A stretch of DNA of 64,000 nt, taken from the IMG/VR virus record IMGVR_UViG_3300021387_000075; one strand, given 5' to 3'. How positions within the stretch are numbered: the first letter of the stretch is position 1; every line of letters begins with the position of its first letter. Shown piece by piece: positions 57,895 to 64,000 of the stretch. The DNA comes from a virus. Its lineage: Duplodnaviria > Caudoviricetes. The notes beneath the pieces are model-generated. The model had not been told where the DNA came from. It saw only the letters and a program-made list of their open reading frames with translations, and did no database searches. Position numbers and translations under genes: made by a program.

Positions 57895-58086
57895 TTAGCT
57901 TGCGCTAACCTCTTCGATAATAACGTTGGTAAGTTTATATACTTTAGTCATATCAAATTTACATCCGCACTTATCACAAGTACAAGTCCACCACTGTTCG
58001 CCACCGAATTGGTCGAAGCTATCGCCATAGTCATTTACCTCATAGTCTTCACACCCGCATTTTGGGCAAGTTTCACTGTACGCCAT
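57895..58086 (-). CDS. small zinc-ribbon protein
   Basis: CPKCG..CDKCG; GGAGG RBS. Confidence 0.65.
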   Translation of the reverse strand: MAYSETCPKCGCEDYEVNDYGDSFDQFGGEQWWTCTCDKCGCKFDMTKVYKLTNVIIEEVSAS

Positions 58087-58423
58087 TTTCTTTTTCCTCC
58101 TTTTCCTTCGCTCTACGTTCCTTATCCTTCCGTGCCTTTTCGGCACGAGCCTTGGCATCGGCTTCCTTCTTCGCCTGCTTAGCGTTGTACTCGTCAATTT
58201 CCTTCTGCATAAGCTCTTCGGCGGTCATGTCCTCACGCTCTTCGGCAACAATAGCGCCGATACGCACGTAGCGCTGGACGCCATTCAAATCGGTCAGGAG
58301 AACGCCATACTGACGATCATTGACTTTGGTATAAGCGTAGTCAGTCGGATATCCGTGGAAAATATCCGCAAAGACTTTATCACGCAGTTCCTGATTGACA
58401 ACAGTAGTAGAAATCTTAGCCAT
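58073..58423 (-). CDS. hypothetical protein with Lys/Glu-rich C-terminal helix
   Basis: 116 aa; own promoter; architecture similar to 63413-63820. Confidence 0.75.
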   Translation of the reverse strand: MAKISTTVVNQELRDKVFADIFHGYPTDYAYTKVNDRQYGVLLTDLNGVQRYVRIGAIVAEEREDMTAEELMQKEIDEYNAKQAKKEADAKARAEKARKDKERRAKEKEEKENGVQ

Positions 58424-58479
58424 CTCAATTCCCTTTCTGGTTTGGGGTGTTTTCCTTCACCTTTCATAAGTATTATATA

Positions 58480-58713
58480 TCATTCGGTTAGGCTTGTCAA
58501 GTCTTTTTTCACATTTTCTAATAATTTATAGAAGAAATTTCGGTTGTGCCATTTAAGTTGAAATTGCTTCGGGTCTATAAAGCTCTGTTCGGCACATTGA
58601 TAATTAGTACACCAGTAAAGTTTTTTAGTCTCCTCATAATATATCCAGTCATAACCATGCGCTTTAACCCAAGCATCGGGGCATCCTACCCCTTTGTATC
58701 CATATGTTATCAT
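58480..58713 (-). CDS. hypothetical protein
   Basis: GAAAGGA RBS; promoter with TGTTAC-N5-TGTTAC upstream. Confidence 0.6.
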   Translation of the reverse strand: MITYGYKGVGCPDAWVKAHGYDWIYYEETKKLYWCTNYQCAEQSFIDPKQFQLKWHNRNFFYKLLENVKKDLTSLTE

Positions 58714-58912
58714 AAGTTTCCTTTCTTTCTCTTCATCTTTCATATATATTATAACCTAAAATTTGTTACAAGTCAATAGTTAATTGTGTTACAATTCTGT
58801 TACAAATTCGCGGGCCGGCGGGCGAAAACTTAACACATTTGTAATAATTTTGCTATTGATTCGTAATTGCTTTTCTGCTATAATAAGAGCGTGGAAAGGA
58901 AGGTGCTAAGAG

Positions 58913-59413
58913 ATGCGTAACACTTACGAAGTTCGGGCTGAGAAGTTCATCCATCAGATTTTTAACTATATCTGGGAGTGCGAAAATGTTGATGACTATG
59001 AGTGGGCGGTAAATCACTTCAATTTCGAACACCACCGCAACGTGAAGGTGGTCCACGGCCTGACTCGGGTGGCGCTGATTACCTCTGACTATGTGGTGAA
59101 GATTGATTGCGGTCGTGCCCACGATCTGGATACGTTCGGCGGTTGTGCCAACGAGTTCGATATCTACGCACAGGCCGAAGAGGATGGCTTCGCCTACCTC
59201 TTCGCTAAGCCCACAGAGGTTGTATATAATGGCCTGACCTTCTGCGTGATGCCCCGTATCCGTGGCATTGAGCGTGAACCTAATGACGCTGATTGGTATA
59301 TGAGCGCCGAAGAGTGCGACTGGGTTTGTGAGCGGGTGTTTGATCTCCATAATGGAAATTATGGTTGGAAAGATGGCCATCCTGTACTGATCGACTATGC
59401 GGCGAATTGCTGA
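58913..59413 (+). CDS. protein kinase-like fold protein
   Basis: G.TR.A..VVKI, NE, VMPRI, DLHNGNYG catalytic loop, LIDYA; promoter TTGATT (58856)-17-TATAAT (58879). Confidence 0.8.
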   Translation: MRNTYEVRAEKFIHQIFNYIWECENVDDYEWAVNHFNFEHHRNVKVVHGLTRVALITSDYVVKIDCGRAHDLDTFGGCANEFDIYAQAEEDGFAYLFAKPTEVVYNGLTFCVMPRIRGIEREPNDADWYMSAEECDWVCERVFDLHNGNYGWKDGHPVLIDYAANC

Positions 59414-59592
59414 TGTTAGCTTCGGCTAACATTGGCCGGCGCGCCGTTGGATACTGTATACAATAGAAGCGCAAAGAAAAATCCCCACGATTGCCTGCGT
59501 GGGGTCAGTCTCCATCTCGTTTATTGTTTGCCCAACGAGAAAGGGCATTCTGGAAAGGGGCTTTAAGGTTCAACCCCTTAGAACCTCGGGCA

Positions 59593-59913
59593 TTAGCCCT
59601 TGAGGGTGTAGGCGTTGACCTTGCCCTCAATCTTCTCGACCTCATTGGCCCAGTAGTTCCGCAGACCGTAGACGATCTTGCCCTTGGCGTAACCAGTCTC
59701 GTCCGCCAGTTCCTGAGCGGTCACGGGAGCGGTAGCGGACTTCAGAGTCTCGATGACCGCATCGTGAATCTCCTCGTAGATTGCCCGATTCGCCTGCGCC
59801 TTAGTCTCACCCTTGGCCAGTTCGGCAACGATCTCGTCATAAACATTCATCAGTTCGGCGATGTTGTGGTCGTTGATGTAGGAAGCGATGGTCTGCATAG
59901 TGGATTTCTTCAT
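59593..59913 (-). CDS. hypothetical protein with C-terminal winged-helix motif
   Basis: PVTAQELADETGY.KGKIVYGL; GAAAGGA RBS. Confidence 0.7.
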   Translation of the reverse strand: MKKSTMQTIASYINDHNIAELMNVYDEIVAELAKGETKAQANRAIYEEIHDAVIETLKSATAPVTAQELADETGYAKGKIVYGLRNYWANEVEKIEGKVNAYTLKG

Positions 59914-60293
59914 TGTATAATTCCTTTCTGGTTTTTTAAGAGTTTTCCTTCTCTTCATCTTTCGTAGTTATTGTATCATAAGTTTGGAAGTTTGTCAAGA
60001 GGTTTCCGAAAATTTTCTCCCTTTTATTTTCGGTCAAGAGAATCATCGGGTCTTGCGTTTCCATGGAGATTTGTTTCCGCTCCCGTTCTCCCTCTCAACA
60101 TCCTTATTATATCAGATTTCGGGGAGTTTGTCAAGGGTTTTTTCAACTTTTTTTCAAAGTTTTTTTCGCCCTCGGGAAGCTCGCTCCCTTCACCTGACAT
60201 ATATAATTATACTCGAAATTCGGAAAAAGTCAAGCACTTTTTTTGAAGAATACTGTATACAATCGCGGGCCGGCCAAAATGGACCGAAGTCCA

Positions 60294-60431
60294 TTATAGC
60301 ACGAATCGAACAATCGGACGATCTTTCTTAGAGTACCGAGCAAACACCATAAACCGCAACCAGAGGGCTTTCATTATGGGAAGATAGCGGACAGTCTGTT
60401 CTCCTTCAAGGTTTTTCAGATACACATTCAT
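60294..60431 (-). CDS. small hypothetical protein
   Basis: 45 aa with GGAGG RBS. Confidence 0.45.
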   Translation of the reverse strand: MNVYLKNLEGEQTVRYLPIMKALWLRFMVFARYSKKDRPIVRFVL

Positions 60432-60591
60432 TTTGATGTTCCTCCTTCAAGAAAAAGCTGAAATCATTCATAATACATTCATAAGCGAAAAAGCAACTTT
60501 CGTCCGCATGGCACAGGGCGCATTTCCTGCACTTGCTTGAATTGGCTACGACTTCCCACAAGTAGGCATTGAGTGTTTCCATAGTTTCCAT
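60406..60591 (-). CDS. small Cys-rich protein
   Basis: CRKCALC..CFFAYEC; AGGAG RBS. Confidence 0.6.
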   Translation of the reverse strand: METMETLNAYLWEVVANSSKCRKCALCHADESCFFAYECIMNDFSFFLKEEHQNECVSEKP

Positions 60592-60684
60592 CTCCTTTCA
60601 ACATAGACATTGTATCATAGAAAAGGAAAACTGTCAACAGGAAAATTATTACAAAAGTATTAAATCGTGCCGGCGCGAAAGGGC

Positions 60685-60918
60685 TTACGCCCTTTCGTCA
60701 TACAAAGTAAAATCATCAACCTCACGCACAAAGCCGCAAGCATTGTCAATGAAGGTAAAGCCATTATCTTTGGCTTTGAGAATCAAATCATTCATATCCT
60801 TGCGAAGGATCGCTTCTTCACGCTTACGGGTGCGGATAGCACGAAGATTGTTAATAATGGTAGTCAGTTCCTCATCACTCATGTTGTCTGTGTCAATCAT
60901 AATCTTGCCAATTCTCAT
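60685..60918 (-). CDS. hypothetical protein
   Basis: 77 aa, sole gene of its cassette, with promoter and RBS. Confidence 0.7.
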   Translation of the reverse strand: MRIGKIMIDTDNMSDEELTTIINNLRAIRTRKREEAILRKDMNDLILKAKDNGFTFIDNACGFVREVDDFTLYDERA

Positions 60919-61018
60919 TCGGGGTACCTTCCTTTCCTTTCGATACTTATATTATACTCACTTTTGCGCCAATGTCAATAGGAAAATTATTACAATTCTG
61001 TTAAATGCGCCGGCGGCC

Positions 61019-61684
61019 TCACTTGGAAGCCTTGGCACGCAAGGCTTCCAAGCATTTAGTAAAAATCTCTTTTTCAATTTCTACATCTTTAAGTCCTGTA
61101 TGTGATTCAACAAAGTCATTGTTCTTACTAATATATCTCCAAAGCACTTCTGCGGTGAAGCGAGGGCGAGGGGTGGCGTGGTTTGTCATGTATCCGTTTT
61201 CCTTACAGAACGCAATATATTGTGGGTCATTACCAAATACTTTCTTAGACAGTTTCAAGCTGTCAATAACTTTCATCCCATAGGGCAAGAAATACCGCTT
61301 TCGGGATTTAGTCTGGTAACGCATAGTGGCGTTAAGGGTTTGGATATCAAATCTGGAATTGTGTGCCACCACCGCCTGAACGTTGTACTTTTCGCACAGT
61401 TCTTTTACCGTATTATACATGCCCCACGTATCCACGATTTTGTGATTACCCATCCGCATGTCTTCAATGTATTTCGGGATTTTTTCGGCATAATATGCAT
61501 CCTGCATCTGTTCGGGCATCCGAAAGAAAACATCCTCATTAATGACGCTGAAACGTGCTTTCTCCTCCCCATACTCATTGATTACCGCACCGCCGAGATC
61601 ATAGACCTGACCGTTTTTTACATCCAGTTGTCCATCTACTACGGGAGTGTTACAAGTTTCGCTATCAAATACCAAGAAGTTCAT
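61019..61684 (-). CDS. DEDDh 3'-5' exonuclease (DnaQ-like)
   Basis: VFDSET, AHNSRFD, DSL, HTGLKDV. Confidence 0.88.
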   Translation of the reverse strand: MNFLVFDSETCNTPVVDGQLDVKNGQVYDLGGAVINEYGEEKARFSVINEDVFFRMPEQMQDAYYAEKIPKYIEDMRMGNHKIVDTWGMYNTVKELCEKYNVQAVVAHNSRFDIQTLNATMRYQTKSRKRYFLPYGMKVIDSLKLSKKVFGNDPQYIAFCKENGYMTNHATPRPRFTAEVLWRYISKNNDFVESHTGLKDVEIEKEIFTKCLEALRAKASK

Positions 61685-61820
61685 TGGAGTTACCTTTCTG
61701 GTTTGCGTTGTTTTCCTTCAACTTTCAAGTATGATTATACCACGGAAAATAGAAATGTCAATAGGTATTTTGTTACAAAAGTATTAAATCTGCGGGCCGG
61801 CCGAGTTAGCGAGTGCTAAC

Positions 61821-62090
61821 TCATTTGAGAAAGCACTCATACCAAGCATAGTCGCCCCACGTGCCATTATTTACTACCTCGGTCTTATAGTCTTCCCACG
61901 CCTGCTCTTCGCCCTCTTCGGTGTTGGGGTAATCTCGATCTTCAACCCAAGAGTTGAAGTCCCGTTCTACAAACCAACCATAACGGCGCTCATCCAACCA
62001 TTTGAAACATTCGTCCATAACTTTATCGAAATCAGTATAGGCAACCTGCGGTTCGCCTTCAAGAGTAATGACATAAATACGAGTAGCCAT
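61821..62090 (-). CDS. hypothetical protein
   Basis: GGAGG RBS; acidic and Trp-rich. Confidence 0.65.
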   Translation of the reverse strand: MATRIYVITLEGEPQVAYTDFDKVMDECFKWLDERRYGWFVERDFNSWVEDRDYPNTEEGEEQAWEDYKTEVVNNGTWGDYAWYECFLK

Positions 62091-62101
62091 ATTATCCCTC
62101 C

Positions 62102-62359
62102 TTAGCAATCATCGGTATACATTCCAAGATAAGGGTCAAAGCCCATATCATAGTCTTCATCATAGTTATCATCGGGAGTATCATCATAGGAAAGCCATTC
62201 GTCCCACGAGTCGAAGAACATTGCGAAGTCCTCGCAATCTTCCATTGGGTCATCAATGTGGCACACGTTGCACTGGTCGCAATAGGGGCAAGCGCCATAA
62301 GCATTGACAGTGCAGTAAGTGGTTTCACCGTTGTAAGTTCCCTGTTTTGCGTCTCTCAT
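62102..62359 (-). CDS. Cys-rich acidic hypothetical protein
   Basis: C..CPYC..CH..C; GFDPYLGMYTDDC terminus. Confidence 0.7.
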   Translation of the reverse strand: MRDAKQGTYNGETTYCTVNAYGACPYCDQCNVCHIDDPMEDCEDFAMFFDSWDEWLSYDDTPDDNYDEDYDMGFDPYLGMYTDDC

Positions 62360-62514
62360 ACTAATACTCCTTTCAATCTGGCTCTGGCCTGTTTCCGTAA
62401 GCGCTTTTTCAGTTTCCGCATAGAGGGTGTGCTCTGGTTAATCCACTTGCGGCATCCTTTATCTAAATCCCAAGCGGCGAGTTCATCAAACTTCTTGTAT
62501 CTCGCTCTCTGCAT
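62356..62514 (-). CDS. small basic hypothetical protein
   Basis: 52 aa with GGAGG RBS; overlaps the next start (ATGA). Confidence 0.55.
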   Translation of the reverse strand: MQRARYKKFDELAAWDLDKGCRKWINQSTPSMRKLKKRLRKQARARLKGVLV

Positions 62515-62609
62515 CTCTCATCCCTCCTGACACTATTTATTATACTCAGATTTGAAAAAAAGTCAATAGGTAAAATTGTTAAGTTTTTGTTACGCGCCGG
62601 CCGCCCGCC

Positions 62610-63299
62610 TCACTCCTCATCGAGTTCGGCAAGGCGTGCCATTTTCTTATGCCTGCGGACGCACTCTGCGAAAATCTGCGCTTCAATTTGTACATCCTCT
62701 AACCCCGTGTGACTTTCTTCAAAGTCATTGTCGTTGGTCAGAAAGCGCCACAGAATTTCGGCAGTCTTACGCACCTGAGGGGTCTTGTGGTTGGTCATAT
62801 ATCCATTCTCTACACAGAACCGCCGATAGTTGGACTGCTTGCAAATGGTATCATTCGCCATAGTCATAGTATCCCAAATCGGGATACCATACGGGAAGAA
62901 AAATCTACGCTTGCTCTTGGTCTGATACCGAAGGGTTGAGTTTAAAACCCTCACATCAAATCTGGCATTGTGGGCAATGAAAGCCTTGATTTCATACTGT
63001 GCCACGAGTTCCCGCACAATCTTATACAGTTGCCAAGTATTGACGATCTGGCGCTTGCCCATCCGAATATCGGTTAAGTACTGGGGAATTTTATCCGCAA
63101 AGTATGCTTCACGCATAGCTTCGGGCAGTCCGAAGAATACATCTTCATTCACAAAGGACATTTCCTTATACACAAAGCCCTCATTGTCTACGATTTGAAG
63201 GCCGAAGTCATAAACCTGACCGCAAGTCGTGTCTAACTGTCCGTCTACCTTCGGGGTGTTACAAGTCTCAGTATCAAATACCATATACAGATTCTTCAT
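62610..63299 (-). CDS. DEDDh 3'-5' exonuclease (DnaQ-like), paralog of 61019-61684
   Basis: VFDTET, AHNARFD, DTM, HTGLEDV. Confidence 0.88.
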   Translation of the reverse strand: MKNLYMVFDTETCNTPKVDGQLDTTCGQVYDFGLQIVDNEGFVYKEMSFVNEDVFFGLPEAMREAYFADKIPQYLTDIRMGKRQIVNTWQLYKIVRELVAQYEIKAFIAHNARFDVRVLNSTLRYQTKSKRRFFFPYGIPIWDTMTMANDTICKQSNYRRFCVENGYMTNHKTPQVRKTAEILWRFLTNDNDFEESHTGLEDVQIEAQIFAECVRRHKKMARLAELDEE

Positions 63300-63412
63300 T
63301 GCGTTTCGCTCCTTTCAACATAGCCATTATATCACTTTATAGGATGCGTGTCAACCCCTTTTTGAAAAAAATTTTCGCGCCGGCCCGTTAGTCACGACTA
63401 ACAAGAAAAGGG

Positions 63413-63820
63413 TCACGCCTGGGGCGTGACCTTAATCTTGCGGAGTTCCTTCAACCCCTTGTTTGCTTCCGCAAGGGCTTTCTTTTCCTCACGGGCTTTC
63501 TGGTCTTTGGCAATCTTGGCCTGCTTCTTCTCTTCGGCCTTGGCTTTCTTCTGCGCCTTTTCTTCAAGGTCAATCTGGTAATCTTCGGCGACAGAATAGC
63601 CATCATAAGGGATGTATCCACCGTTGCCATCACGAGCGCCACGAGGGATAGACACCTTAATCACCGCCCACGTTTCATTGCCATCGGGATCAAGGCAAGG
63701 CACCGCAATCTCGTTGGCGCTCACCGCAAGCGCATCCGTGGCCTTTTCGGTTTCAATCGCCTTAGCAATCAGGGACAGGAAGTCGTTACGAATCGTGGTT
63801 TCCATCTGGGCTTTAGTCAT
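63413..63820 (-). CDS. hypothetical protein with Lys/Ala/Glu-rich C-terminus
   Basis: 135 aa; AGGAG RBS; two tandem promoters upstream. Confidence 0.75.
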   Translation of the reverse strand: MTKAQMETTIRNDFLSLIAKAIETEKATDALAVSANEIAVPCLDPDGNETWAVIKVSIPRGARDGNGGYIPYDGYSVAEDYQIDLEEKAQKKAKAEEKKQAKIAKDQKAREEKKALAEANKGLKELRKIKVTPQA

Positions 63821-64000
63821 CTAACATCGCTCCTTTCGTTCTTACAGGAAGATTGTATCACACTTTGTCGGGGTTGTCAAGGGGTTCTTGAAGATTTTTT
63901 TCGATCTTCTTTCCTCTTGATCTGGATATATTATACTATAAATTTTGAAGTTTGTCAAGAATTTTTTTAAAAGAATACTGTATACAATTTTGGCGGGCCG

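Larger units (their letters stand above)
57855..64000. other. array of promoter-bearing gene cassettes delimited by GCCGGC junctions
   Basis: Intergenic GCCGGC at 57855, 57870, 57883, 58814, 59435, 60269, 60669, 61009, 61796, 62596 and 63379, plus a truncated GGGCCG at the window end. Confidence 0.75.

Noticed and set aside
57855-64000. Classical integron with attC sites
   Set aside because: No integrase in the window, no RYYYAAC..GTTRRRY attC folds of 55-140 bp, and each unit has its own promoter.

Overview
This is a 64 kb segment of a large tailed phage, probably infecting a Bacillota/Clostridia-type host (SigA-type TTGACN-17-TATAAT promoters, GGAGG RBS). It uses an alternative genetic code. 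The fragmented ORF track from about 3.3 to 56 kb joins into long in-frame genes when TAG is read as Gln (code 15), TAG falls at conserved Gln positions, and a CUA-anticodon suppressor tRNA is present at 2800-2887. Layout: (1) 1-2.9 kb is a minus-strand tRNA and structured-RNA cluster. (2) 3.3-42 kb holds recoded late genes: a radical SAM/SPASM maturase, tail fibre/LamG/chaperone proteins, lysis genes and a 3120-aa CotH-kinase-like giant protein. (3) 42-56 kb holds a deaminase, a SpoIID-like hydrolase, Thg1, a second recoded structural block, small hypothetical genes, an iteron-like repeat and a recoded SF2 helicase. (4) 56.2-64 kb is TAG-free and built as an array of self-contained gene cassettes. 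Each cassette has its own promoter, usually one of two operator types, and is bounded by palindromic GCCGGC junctions; one cassette is inverted. This array, with an unusual repeat-rich locus at its left end, is the best candidate for an undescribed system. All coordinates were derived by hand and no database searches were run.
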